Source of the DNA: Promethearchaeota archaeon
GTDB taxonomy: Archaea > Asgardarchaeota > Lokiarchaeia > Sigyniarchaeales > SOKP01
Assembly: GCA_029838195.1 (NCBI GenBank)
Contig: JALGVJ010000003.1
Coordinates: 32,001 to 96,000, forward strand
Reading direction: 5' to 3'
DNA length: 64,000 nt
In this document: in pieces, positions 29,761 through 40,192 of the stretch
How the letters are laid out: every line of letters begins with the position of its first letter
Numbering within the stretch: position 1 is the stretch's first letter
Position numbers and translations under genes: made by a program
Notes under the pieces: model-generated
The model's database searches: none
What the model saw: only the letters and a program-made list of their open reading frames with translations
Told to the model about the DNA's origin: nothing

Positions 29761-31512
29761 TCATTTTATAAATTTCCAAGGTTTTTGTCTCTTTAATTTA
29801 TATGCTTTTTCAGCATATTCTTCGATCATGCGATGCGTGTTGAAATAAGCCACTAACGAAATCGCGTTTTTTTGCCGAAAAATCCATTCCGATTGATTCA
29901 AATAAGTTGGAATGATATCATTTTCTAAGATATCATAAATCGCCATGGAATCAATGGTCCAATCATTAGAAATGCGTGGATCGTTTGGATTCGAATCGTC
30001 CGGGCCAATAGCCCATCCGGAGAGGGGATTCATTTTATAGCCTTCCAACCACCATCCATCTTGCACGCTGAAATTAGGCACGCCATTCAATGCTGCTTTC
30101 ATGCCGGAAGTTCCGCTGGCTTCTCGATATCGCTCGGGCGTGTTAAGCCATAAATCCACGCCGCTTGTTAACAAATGAGCGAGGTCCATCCCATAATTTT
30201 CCATCAAGACTACTTTTACGCCAAATTTATCAAATAAATATTCTCCGGCTTCATATATCTTTTTAATGTATTCTTTTCCTGCAATATCTTTAGGATGCGC
30301 TTTACCGGCAAAAATGAATTGAACGCGATCTTTACAAATTCTCCCCAACCTATCGATATCATAAAAAATTAAAATAGCCCGTTTATAGGTTGCGAAGCGT
30401 CTAGCGAATCCTATGGTTAATAATTCCTCATCCAACAGATTCCAAGAATGTGCTTTTTGATACTTTATCAAACTCCATTTATTTTCTAAATGGGCGTCAA
30501 ACAAGTCTAAATCATCAATTTCGAGTGCATTTTGAAAAATAATAGGATTAGCTTTCCAATTTGGCCACATTCTGTCATAGATTTTTTTCATGGGAGCAGA
30601 TACCCAAAAGGGCAAATGTATTCCGTTTGTAATATAATCTATCTCGAAATTAGGAAACATCTTTTTCGTTATTTCTCCGTGCTTTTTTGATACGGCATTT
30701 CGATATCGGGATAAATTCATGGCTAAATAAGTCATGTTCAACTCTCCATTGTCATCTCCTAATTTCCTCAATTCTGGAGGAAAACGATCCATGAATACTT
30801 TTTTTACTAAATCATCTTTAAATCGGTCATGGCCTGCCGGAACGGGAGTGTGCGTGGTAAATGCAACGTGTTCTCTAATTTTTTCGATATCTCCACCAAA
30901 TTGTTCATGAAGCTCTAAGGTGGCAAAAACCCCGTGCCCCTCATTAATGTGGTATGTTTTTATATTGTTGTACCCCAACGACTTTAATAATTTGACGCCT
31001 CCAATCCCTAAAATCATTTCTTGTACGATGCGATTCCATCGAGATGTTGAATCATAAAGAGACCCCGTCATTTTTTTCATCCACGGTTCGTTTCCTTCCA
31101 CGTCTGTTGTCAATAAATATATAGGAAGGACGTGCCCCGAATGCCCCACCACATTATATTGCCACGCTGAAACTAATACATCTTTATCTTCGATTTTTAC
31201 AGTAATGGGTTTCTCTACTTTATCAAATTCGTAATAAAAACTCCATTGAATCTCTTTTTCCACTTGTTCTCCTCGTTCATTAAAAAGCTGGTAAAAATAT
31301 CCCGCACTATAGCATAAGCAAATCCCAACCATTGGGATTTCCAAATCTGCGGCGGATCTTACCGTATCTCCGCTCAACACCCCAAGACCTCCACTATACG
31401 TTGGAATGTTGGAATCTAAACCAATCTCCATGGAAATATAAGCAACTAACGTATCATCTTTCCTTTCCTCTTCTAAATCCATGCTTAACCATCCCTGAGT
31501 ATTTTTATTCAA
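29761..31512 (-). CDS. glgP: Alpha-glucan (glycogen/maltodextrin) phosphorylase
   Basis: YSGGLGVL.GD, HINEGH, FARRFATYKR, EASGTSGMK (PLP lysine). Start may be the ATG at about 31482. Confidence 0.93.
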   Translation of the reverse strand: MNKNTQGWLSMDLEEERKDDTLVAYISMEIGLDSNIPTYSGGLGVLSGDTVRSAADLEIPMVGICLCYSAGYFYQLFNERGEQVEKEIQWSFYYEFDKVEKPITVKIEDKDVLVSAWQYNVVGHSGHVLPIYLLTTDVEGNEPWMKKMTGSLYDSTSRWNRIVQEMILGIGGVKLLKSLGYNNIKTYHINEGHGVFATLELHEQFGGDIEKIREHVAFTTHTPVPAGHDRFKDDLVKKVFMDRFPPELRKLGDDNGELNMTYLAMNLSRYRNAVSKKHGEITKKMFPNFEIDYITNGIHLPFWVSAPMKKIYDRMWPNWKANPIIFQNALEIDDLDLFDAHLENKWSLIKYQKAHSWNLLDEELLTIGFARRFATYKRAILIFYDIDRLGRICKDRVQFIFAGKAHPKDIAGKEYIKKIYEAGEYLFDKFGVKVVLMENYGMDLAHLLTSGVDLWLNTPERYREASGTSGMKAALNGVPNFSVQDGWWLEGYKMNPLSGWAIGPDDSNPNDPRISNDWTIDSMAIYDILENDIIPTYLNQSEWIFRQKNAISLVAYFNTHRMIEEYAEKAYKLKRQKPWKFIK

Positions 31513-31725
31513 ATAAAGTCAATTCATGTTAAATTAAAAAAATAAAAAACCATGGTTTGAGTTAATATTTTTATATGGTAATTTAAATTTAAATTTGAAC
31601 AATTTTTTTTATTAATTCCATCATGATATTTTTTCTGGCGGTGAATAATTTAAATAGTAACATGCATGCTTAAAACGCTAACAAGAGTTTTTTAATTAAA
31701 AGAAGAATGAAGAAAAATAATTAAT

Positions 31726-32361
31726 TTAAAGTTTAAGGGTTTTATTGGATAATATTTCTACTTTAATGTTAGGATCTTTTTTCGAAAGAATTTGCTGGTA
31801 TTCATTCAAATCCTTATCCCAATTATGCATGGGAACGACTATTTCAGGCCGGATGTCGACGGCAGCGTCGCTAGATTCTTCAAAGTCCATGGTATAAGTT
31901 CCTCCGCAAGGAAGAAGTGCTACGGTGATGCCTTCATTTGCTAACTCCTTCATTTCGGGGATTCTTTCTGTATCTCCTGCATGATATATTTTTTTCCCTT
32001 CTATTTCTAGAATAGTTCCCGCCCACTGATTACTTTTTGGATGAGTGGCTTTCTTAATGGTGTATGATGGAACTAAGGTAATATTTATACCTTTGATTTC
32101 CTTTTTTTCTCCAAGTTTTAATCCCATGCCGTTAAATTTTTTTAAATCTCTCGAAATGCTTTCAGGCCCTATAACAACCGTGTCATCCTTCATTAATTTC
32201 TTAATATCGTTTTTAGAAAAGTGGTCAAAATGATTATGAGAGGTAATGATGATGTCTGCTTTTTCTTCTCCATCTTTAATTTGATAGGGATCTAAATATA
32301 GAAGGAGACCTGAATTAGTAACGATTTTAAAAGCAGCATGTCCCAACCAACTAATTTCCAC
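31726..32361 (-). CDS. MBL-fold metallo-hydrolase
   Basis: WLGHA, SHNHFDH, YHAGDT, PMH. Confidence 0.9.
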   Translation of the reverse strand: MEISWLGHAAFKIVTNSGLLLYLDPYQIKDGEEKADIIITSHNHFDHFSKNDIKKLMKDDTVVIGPESISRDLKKFNGMGLKLGEKKEIKGINITLVPSYTIKKATHPKSNQWAGTILEIEGKKIYHAGDTERIPEMKELANEGITVALLPCGGTYTMDFEESSDAAVDIRPEIVVPMHNWDKDLNEYQQILSKKDPNIKVEILSNKTLKL

Positions 32362-32465
32362 TATTTTTTCACCTTTTTTTATTATTTTAAAGGAATTTTC
32401 ATGAGAATTAAATCAAGAACTAATTAATACATTTTCTTATAAATAAATTTTGATACATTTCCGAA

Positions 32466-34265
32466 TCATTCTGATTGCTTATCTATCAGTTTTCGTCGCA
32501 AATTAATAGCTTCATCATATTCCGGATCCAATTCTAAAGCTCGATTGATGATTTCCAACGCATTAGATAAGCGCCCCATATCAAAAAACAACAATGAGAG
32601 GTCATGCCACGTTCGGGGATTTTTAGGGTTAAACTCTATAGATTTTTTCAAGTATTCTTTTGCTTTTTCAAGTTCTCCTTTCCCGTGATGCGCGCGTCCA
32701 AAAATATTCCACGTTTCATCATCTTTTGGATTAAGTTTAAGTGAATTTTTACAAGCCTCAATTGCTTTATCAAATAATTTTTTATCGATATAGAGATTGC
32801 TAAGGGATTTCCAAGCTTCCAATAATGTGTCATCTAGTTCTAAAGCCTTTTGGAAAGAGGCAAGTGCCTCATCAAGATGCCCCAATTTTTTACTTGCTTT
32901 TCCTAAATACATCCAGGCTTCCACGTTCTCGGGCATTAGTTTAACGGCTTCTCGAAAAGCCTTCAATGCATCCTCGATCTTACCTTGCTTAAAGCATAAC
33001 ATTCCTAATTTATGCCACGCTGGAGCTGCATCCGGATTCAAGACTAAAAATTTGTTATAAATTTCTATTGCCTGATCAACTTCATTTAATTCCTCATGAA
33101 TCGATGCAATCGCCTCCAAACCTTCTAAAAATTCCGGATTGATTTCTAAAGCTCTTTGATAAGCGTTTAATGCTTGTTCCAATTCTTGTTTTTCCCGATA
33201 TATCCTAGCTATATTGGTCCATCCTTCAAAATATTCCGGATCCAATTTAACCGCAATCATGCTTGCCTCAAGTGCTTTTTCGAATTGATTTATTTTTATA
33301 TATAATTTTGCTAAATGTTTCCATGACTCAACCAAGGTTTTCTCTATTTTCGTTGCTTCAAGAAATGCTTTAATCGCTTTATCTACATCTCCTAACTTTT
33401 CTTGTAGCCTGCCTATTCGCACCCACCCTTCAGTAAAATAAGGGTTAAGTTGTACGGTTTTTTCATATATTTCTAAAGCTTTCTTGAGGTCGCCGCCCTT
33501 TTCATATAATTTTGCAAGCTCTTCAAGTGCTTTCACGTGCCCCTCGTCTATTTCCAAAATTTGATGAAATACCTTGATCGCTTTTTCTTGCTCGTTTAGT
33601 TCTTCGCAAACTAGGCCTAAATTAAACCAAGCATCTAAATAATAATGGTCAATTTTAATTGCTTTTTTTAGAGCCACTTTTGCTTGTTCATGATTGTTCA
33701 TGCTCCGGTAAGCTAAACCAAGATTATACCACGCATCCACTGAGTTTTCATTGGTGCTCACGGCTTCTTTAAAAGCTTCAATTGCTTTAGAAAAATCTTC
33801 CATTTTTTGATAGGTCTGACCAATTTTAATCCAAATCCACGTGGAGGAAGGTTCTAATTCAAGGATTTTAAGATAAGTATCTAATGCGTCCTTGAAGCGA
33901 GATGTTTTTAAAAACGCATCTCCCATCTTTTCTAAAGCTTCCATGGAATTGGGTTTTATTTTTAAAGCTTCCTTATAACTCTCAATTGCGTGTTCATAAT
34001 CTTCTTTATTAAATAAATAATTAGCTTTATCATAAATCAATTTGAAGCGGAGATAATTCGCCCGATTTCGGTATTCTTTCACTTTTTCTTTCGCTTTTTC
34101 AAGCAAAGAAGGATCTTGAGAATTATTAATCACTTTTAAAATTTTATCAACCGCACTCATGTATTTTGCAATAGCGAGTTTATATTCTCCCTTGGTATCA
34201 TGGGAGAGGGCTTGTTTAGCCTCTTCTAAAGCAATTTTCATGAGATTTAAGAGACCACTCGTGAT
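32466..34265 (-). CDS. MIT domain plus TPR-repeat protein
   Basis: N-terminal A..A...D..G.Y..A...Y......EY..RA..L MIT pattern followed by about 15 TPRs. ATG start at 34241, or ATC at 34265. Confidence 0.85.
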   Translation of the reverse strand: MTSGLLNLMKIALEEAKQALSHDTKGEYKLAIAKYMSAVDKILKVINNSQDPSLLEKAKEKVKEYRNRANYLRFKLIYDKANYLFNKEDYEHAIESYKEALKIKPNSMEALEKMGDAFLKTSRFKDALDTYLKILELEPSSTWIWIKIGQTYQKMEDFSKAIEAFKEAVSTNENSVDAWYNLGLAYRSMNNHEQAKVALKKAIKIDHYYLDAWFNLGLVCEELNEQEKAIKVFHQILEIDEGHVKALEELAKLYEKGGDLKKALEIYEKTVQLNPYFTEGWVRIGRLQEKLGDVDKAIKAFLEATKIEKTLVESWKHLAKLYIKINQFEKALEASMIAVKLDPEYFEGWTNIARIYREKQELEQALNAYQRALEINPEFLEGLEAIASIHEELNEVDQAIEIYNKFLVLNPDAAPAWHKLGMLCFKQGKIEDALKAFREAVKLMPENVEAWMYLGKASKKLGHLDEALASFQKALELDDTLLEAWKSLSNLYIDKKLFDKAIEACKNSLKLNPKDDETWNIFGRAHHGKGELEKAKEYLKKSIEFNPKNPRTWHDLSLLFFDMGRLSNALEIINRALELDPEYDEAINLRRKLIDKQSE

Positions 34266-34496
34266 ATCTTCCCCTTTATGATTTTTAACTATTTTCTTTA
34301 TACTCTATTAATTTACCCAAAACCAATTAAAGATATAAATGCATTTAATTCTTTCACGCTTTTATAAAAAACATGAAAAATGGTATTTAACTTTAAATTA
34401 GTCCAATTTTTTCAAAAATCGTTATTTCTTGGCATTCTACTACAAGTTTTAAGATAAAAGAAAATAATAAAATACAAAAGTTTTGTAAATAAAACT

Positions 34497-35831
34497 TCAT
34501 ATTTTATATTGATCTTTAAGGAAATTGAGAATGTATTTTTTTACTTTTTGTCGATTTGGCAAGCTGGCAATCATGCCATACATGGCAGCTTCACCTTTAT
34601 CAACCTTCTCGGGATTCTCTTTCACCTCTCTGACAGCATCTTTTAAATCTTTCAGAAATTTGTCAGCAATTTTAGAATGATGCGGATTCACGATCATGTG
34701 AAGAGCTGGGGGATATTGCAATCTATCGAGATGCCATCCTTTTGAATCCAAGAAATCGCCTAATTGAAAAATATTAAACTCATCAGAAGTAAACGAAAAA
34801 ACGCTCATTACAGGTTCTCCTAAGATATAGAGAGAATCCATGGCATTAATCTCGTTGATTATTTTTTTTGATGTATTCATGACTTCCTCTGCTAATTTTA
34901 AATATTTCTCTTTTCCAAGAGCTTTAATGCCTGCCCAAGCAGCGGCAATGGGCCCTCCCGCTCTCGTCCCTCGCATGGTTGGAGCAATATACACGCCTCC
35001 AGACCAGTCTGCATACACGTATAATTGGTGTTTCCAAATTTTTTCAGTGCGATAAATGATAGTAGAAGTCCCTTTCGGTCCATAACCATATTTATGAATA
35101 TCAGCAGAAATGGACGTCACGCCTGGTACAGAAAAATCAAACTCGGGAACGGGATATCCTAATTCTTTAACAAAAGGAAGCATGAAGCCTCCAAGACAAG
35201 CATCAACGTGCATGCCAATTCCACGCTCTTGTGCAAGAGCAGCTATTTCTGAAATGGGATCTACGACTCCTCGGGGATAATCGCACGCAGATGCTATCAA
35301 GAGAATCGTATTTTCTGAGATCGCTTTTTTCATGGCTTTTACATCAGCACGATGAGTTTTTTCGTCAACGGGAACTCTTATCGATTTGACTTTGAAATAT
35401 TCTGCACTTTTTTCAAAAGCAGGATGAGCGGAGCTAGGCATTACCATTTCTGGATTCTTAATGTGAGGGAATTTCTTTTCCGCCCATTCACGATATGTTA
35501 AAACTGCCGTCATGATTGATTCAGTCCCGCCAGAAGTCATGCTTCCACAACATTTTTTATCGCCATTAAGAAGATCTGCAACCATGGAAACTACTTCCGT
35601 TTCGAATTTCCTTAAACTCGGAAATGCTAACGGACTAAGTGCATTCTTAGAGAAAAACTTATCATGAGCTTTTTTCAAAAATGTGGCATGCTCCTCCGTA
35701 GCGTGATATACCAAACTCCAGAGTTTGCCTTCTTCCCATTTTACATCTTCACTTGCGATGGAATCCATCTCTTCCAAGATTTTTTCATGAGGAAGCCCTT
35801 TTTCAGGCATTTGAATTGTGGGTCTTACCAT
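34497..35831 (-). CDS. PLP-dependent group II decarboxylase/sphingosine-1-phosphate lyase-like enzyme
   Basis: TSGGTESI, AHPAF.K, HVDACLGG, ADIHKYG, C-terminal AAMYGM. Confidence 0.85.
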   Translation of the reverse strand: MVRPTIQMPEKGLPHEKILEEMDSIASEDVKWEEGKLWSLVYHATEEHATFLKKAHDKFFSKNALSPLAFPSLRKFETEVVSMVADLLNGDKKCCGSMTSGGTESIMTAVLTYREWAEKKFPHIKNPEMVMPSSAHPAFEKSAEYFKVKSIRVPVDEKTHRADVKAMKKAISENTILLIASACDYPRGVVDPISEIAALAQERGIGMHVDACLGGFMLPFVKELGYPVPEFDFSVPGVTSISADIHKYGYGPKGTSTIIYRTEKIWKHQLYVYADWSGGVYIAPTMRGTRAGGPIAAAWAGIKALGKEKYLKLAEEVMNTSKKIINEINAMDSLYILGEPVMSVFSFTSDEFNIFQLGDFLDSKGWHLDRLQYPPALHMIVNPHHSKIADKFLKDLKDAVREVKENPEKVDKGEAAMYGMIASLPNRQKVKKYILNFLKDQYKI

Positions 35832-36215
35832 TTTTTTTCTATCCCCTTCTAAAAATATTTATCTCATGAACATTCATATTATTAAATGAATAAATGATCG
35901 AGCCCTAGTAATATTTATTGCATGTCCCAGCAATTACTAAGCTTTTAAATCATGAAAATAAAAATTGGGAGAAAATACCCTTCATGTCAATTTGGTTTCG
36001 TTTTTCTTCTTTTCTCTTTTCGAGAATTACTTTATTGGGTTTTACAATTCAAAATATTAGCGTGATCTGACCCATTATAAGAATTAGTTTTTAGAAAAAC
36101 TTTTTCTATTTAGATCAATGTCTATCTAAGTGCGCGCAGATAAGGTTATAAAAGATATTTCAGACTATCCCTATATTAATCTTTATTTCCATCGATTTAA
36201 CAAGAAAAAAAAGCA

Positions 36216-36596
36216 TTAATTCTTTCTTTCTTCCTCCTCATCAAGATGAAGTTCCGGCTTGAGAAGCGTGATCTTATTTAACATGCCGTGGATATCCGAT
36301 TTAGAAATATCAATTTCAGATAACCGTTCTTCAAACATTTTATTTCGATATTGTGGTATCTTTATTAGTAAATTTGGGGTATTTAAAAGATCAAAAGGAA
36401 AAGGGTTTAGATTCTGAACACGTAATGAAATCCCGTTGTTAAACGAGTTTCTTTTTTTAGGGGTTCTTATAATGAGAGGAAGATTTAATTCTAAATCCTT
36501 ATATAATCTTTCCTTCGCCTGTTTTGGAAAAGAATGGGTTAATATTCTGCACGTGGGGCAATCTTCCTCAAATCCATGAATGCACGGCATGAGCAT
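36216..36596 (-). CDS. Hypothetical protein with N-terminal CxH...CxxC
   Basis: MPCIHGFEEDCPTC. Confidence 0.65.
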   Translation of the reverse strand: MLMPCIHGFEEDCPTCRILTHSFPKQAKERLYKDLELNLPLIIRTPKKRNSFNNGISLRVQNLNPFPFDLLNTPNLLIKIPQYRNKMFEERLSEIDISKSDIHGMLNKITLLKPELHLDEEEERKN

Positions 36597-36885
36597 TAAT
36601 AAATTTTGATATTTATTTGATTATCTTGAATTAATGCTGTTATATATTCTTTTTTATTATCATTCATTAAAGATTCTTGAAAACACATGTCAAACGGCAT
36701 AGTAAAATGATCATTGAATGAGAATCATTTTTTACTAAACTATCATTTAATAAAAGTATTGTGAGGCTTCTCATTTTGCATCCAAGAGTTTCACGAAAAA
36801 TCTTGATGAAATTTGATCTTTTTCTTCATTTATTCTTATTAAAACCAGCAATCATGAATTAAAAAATAAATTATACTCCGATAAA

Positions 36886-38028
36886 ATGACAAGAGCAATC
36901 ATTCTCTCTGGAGGTTGGGGCACGCGATTGCGGCCCTTAACGTGTACGATTCCCAAAACCATGATTCCCGTTGTAAATCGGCCCGTAATAGAACGACAAA
37001 TGTTATTGTTAAAAAAAGCGGGAATTAAGGAGATCGTGCTAGCCGTCAGTGTAATGGCAGATGCCCTAAAACAATACTTTAAAGATGGAGCTTCCTTGGG
37101 ATTAAACATTCTTTATACGGAAGAAACACGACCAATGGGCACGGCGGGCGCCATAAAATTAGCAGAAGAACTGTTAGAAGGAGAAAACTTTTTCATGCTT
37201 AATGGTGATGTCATTCTCAATTTTGATTTTAAAGAAATGCTAAAAAATCACGAAGATCATGGAGGAATCGGAACTATTGCCAGTAAATCAGTAGACGACC
37301 CCTCTAGATATGGAGTTTTAATAATTAATGAACAAACAATGCAGATTGAGAAATTTCTTGAAAAAGATGAGTATTCACCTCCGGAAGGTGAACCTATCCC
37401 CATGCCCATTAACGCCGGCGTATACGTGCTGGAACCAGAAGTATTCAAGTACATTCCGACAAAGAAAAAAGTTTCTATTGAACGAGAAGTATTTCCCATC
37501 TTAGCTGAGGAAAAACGCTTATATCATTATCCCATAACGGGTATCTGGAAAGATATAGGGAAACCTACGGAACTATTAGACGGAAATATCTTATTACTAC
37601 ATGATATATTAAAAAATCATGTTATTAAAAGAGATAATCTCATTGATAATAGTTTAAACGTGGAAGGAAAGGTCATTATTTATCCTCCGTGTGCCATTGG
37701 CGAAAATGTTATAATCCGTAAAAATTGCATTATTGGTCCTAATGTAATTATCGGCGATAATGTGTATATCGATTCAGGAACGGAAATTAAAGATACACTC
37801 ATTTATAATGAAACATTTATCTCAAAAAACGTGAAAATTGAAAGATCCATCATCTCGAATGATTGTCATGTCAAAAATGGCGTCATTTTAAAAGGAAATA
37901 AAAAGGGCTTGGTAATCTTAGCATCTAATGTTGAAATCAAGGAAAACCTTCGCCTTATCAATAAATCACGTGATGACATCACGGTTTGTCATCACGAAGT
38001 AATTAAAGAGAATATTGAATATTATTAA
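36886..38028 (+). CDS. NDP-sugar pyrophosphorylase (mannose-1-phosphate guanylyltransferase-like) with LbH domain
   Basis: ILSGGWGTRLRPLT..PK, GTAG, NGDV, INAGVY, W.DIG; hexapeptide repeats. Confidence 0.9.
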   Translation: MTRAIILSGGWGTRLRPLTCTIPKTMIPVVNRPVIERQMLLLKKAGIKEIVLAVSVMADALKQYFKDGASLGLNILYTEETRPMGTAGAIKLAEELLEGENFFMLNGDVILNFDFKEMLKNHEDHGGIGTIASKSVDDPSRYGVLIINEQTMQIEKFLEKDEYSPPEGEPIPMPINAGVYVLEPEVFKYIPTKKKVSIEREVFPILAEEKRLYHYPITGIWKDIGKPTELLDGNILLLHDILKNHVIKRDNLIDNSLNVEGKVIIYPPCAIGENVIIRKNCIIGPNVIIGDNVYIDSGTEIKDTLIYNETFISKNVKIERSIISNDCHVKNGVILKGNKKGLVILASNVEIKENLRLINKSRDDITVCHHEVIKENIEYY

Positions 38029-38301
38029 CTTAAGTTTTGTAAATTTATAATTTATCATTATTTCCACTTTTTTAGAATATTATCGATTAATGGGCTGTTT
38101 TGGACGCCATTTTGGCAAGTACACGCTTCTGAATACCAAGGGAAAAGAAGTGCGTGCGTACCAGCCTCTCCTGTTTGAACGCTTTACCATCTGGGTCTAC
38201 GAGTAATGTTCAAGAGGGCGGGAAATTCAAGACCTCTCGTGGTAATTCTGTGTAAGAAATTCCTAAAATCATGAGCTCATTCCATTTACGTGTTAGGGCA
38301 C

Positions 38302-38436
38302 GCAATTATTGTTGATGTCCGAATCCGCATGATGTTTAAGGCCCTCTTATTCATGAAATAGAGAAGCATTAAAAGGAGGAAATAGAAGATCCAACAAACA
38401 AGCAATAAAAAAATACAAGACTTAAGTTATTAAATT
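38302..38436. repeat. ~135-bp direct repeat, copy 1
   Basis: Ungapped match to 43404-43538 with 16 mismatches counted by hand (about 88% identity). Confidence 0.9.
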
Positions 38437-38477
38437 AATAGTTTGCTTATTTGAATTTGGTAAAATAAGAAATGATG

Positions 38478-40028
38478 TTAATTTTCAAGTAAAGTTGATT
38501 CATCCATGTGCTCCCTTGCAAATCTCAATCTATCCTGAATTATTTCCTTTCTAGTGATAATATCATTACATTTCTGACGCCATTCCACTAAACGACGTTT
38601 TAAATCATTCAATATCATTTCATAATGATTATTTCCAATAAGATTATTCATTTCAAAAGGATCTTCCTTTAAATCATATAACTCGTCCTTGTCCTTATCA
38701 TTAAAAATGTATTTATATCGTTCTGTAACGAGCATCCTCCCAATATTAATCGTAAAATGTCCATTCGATTCACACATTAAATCTTCTCTCCAAGTATTCA
38801 TATCATCAGTGAACATGGATAATAGGCTCTGCCCATGAACATTATGTGGAAATGAAGAACCCGTTGCATCTAAAATAGTTAGAGGAATATCTAAGTTACT
38901 CACGAGAAGATCTGATTTTTTTCCTGCCGGAATGACGCCTGGAAACCGTAATCCCAGTGGAATGCGCACCATCTCCTCGGGCATGTAAGCATCCTTATCA
39001 AAATGACCTCCATGACATCCTACTGCATCTCCATGATCTGCCGCTAAAATAATTAACGTGTTTTTTTCAAAACCCAGCTTATCCAAGGTATCTATTATTA
39101 ATCCCGCTGCTTCATCTATCAATGTTTGTTGGGCATAATTTAATGCTAAAATTTTTTGCCATTCTGACCAAGGTAAAGGATTTGGAAATATTATTTTACC
39201 ATTCTTGTTCAATGGATAATTTCTCTCAAATTTATAAAGTCTAGGTTTATTTTTTAAGTCATCTCTAAAACTTGGATGCTCAGGTATTTTTTCTGGGGGA
39301 TAAAGGTTTAAATATTCCTGGGTTGCATAATAAGGTTGGTGAGGTCCCCAAAAATCTACCCGCAAGTGAAAGGGTTCTTGGTTGCCTCGTTCTGCAATCT
39401 CTATCAATTTCTCACATGCTAAATGTGCTAAAAAAAAGGCTTCATGCGTTTCTTTAGGACTTGTCATTATTCCGATTGTGTCTTCATTACTAGCAGCACG
39501 ATTAAGGAAATGAGGCTCACCCTTTAATATTTTAGCTTGTAATTCTTTTCCTAATTTCGAGGAGGGCGGTACGAAACTTCTCTGAAGTTTCAATTGAAAA
39601 TCGGGCAAATTGTTCTTTTTTAAATAGTCCTTATATTCGGGTTTCGTATATGGATTATTATAATCAGGATAACTAAAGCCTTCACAATGGTGATCGTGAG
39701 CCGTGCCATCGCCCGCATGCCATTTACCATAATAATAATTATGATATCCTTCCTCTGCTAATATATCTAAATACGTCTTAAATTTAAAAGGAACAAAGGA
39801 AAAATTAGAAAGAACACCGTGCGTGTGAGGAAAAACTCCCGTCAACATGGAACGCCGAGCGGGAGCACATAGTGGGCAACAAGTATATGCTCGAAGAAAT
39901 TCAACGCCTTGTGATACCAGTTTTTCGAACGTAGGTCTCTGAATTTTCGGACCACCCACGCTTTCTCCATGACCATAAAATGCTTGATGATCATTTAATA
40001 AAAACACGATATTAGGTTTTTCTGTCAT
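38478..40028 (-). CDS. Cys-type formylglycine sulfatase
   Basis: PNIVFLLND, CAPARRSMLTG, GKWH, ADHG, ELYDL..DP.E. Confidence 0.92.
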   Translation of the reverse strand: MTEKPNIVFLLNDHQAFYGHGESVGGPKIQRPTFEKLVSQGVEFLRAYTCCPLCAPARRSMLTGVFPHTHGVLSNFSFVPFKFKTYLDILAEEGYHNYYYGKWHAGDGTAHDHHCEGFSYPDYNNPYTKPEYKDYLKKNNLPDFQLKLQRSFVPPSSKLGKELQAKILKGEPHFLNRAASNEDTIGIMTSPKETHEAFFLAHLACEKLIEIAERGNQEPFHLRVDFWGPHQPYYATQEYLNLYPPEKIPEHPSFRDDLKNKPRLYKFERNYPLNKNGKIIFPNPLPWSEWQKILALNYAQQTLIDEAAGLIIDTLDKLGFEKNTLIILAADHGDAVGCHGGHFDKDAYMPEEMVRIPLGLRFPGVIPAGKKSDLLVSNLDIPLTILDATGSSFPHNVHGQSLLSMFTDDMNTWREDLMCESNGHFTINIGRMLVTERYKYIFNDKDKDELYDLKEDPFEMNNLIGNNHYEMILNDLKRRLVEWRQKCNDIITRKEIIQDRLRFAREHMDESTLLEN

Positions 40029-40192
40029 AATTTCTTAAACCCATTAAACATAAAATATCTTTTGAAACCGTTAAGGGAAATTAATTTATTTTTATAAGTA
40101 AGGTAAGGTAAAAAAAAAAGTAAAGTAAGAATAATTTAATAGTTTACTTTATTGTTCTCCAAGATTTTCTCTAAAGATAAACATTAACATTT

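Noticed and set aside
38087-38272. Possible selenoprotein (in-frame TGA before TLLVDPDGK, reminiscent of a thioredoxin-fold strand)
   Set aside because: The TGA is not in a CxxU/UxxC context, the ORF is too short for the fold, and no convincing SECIS is seen
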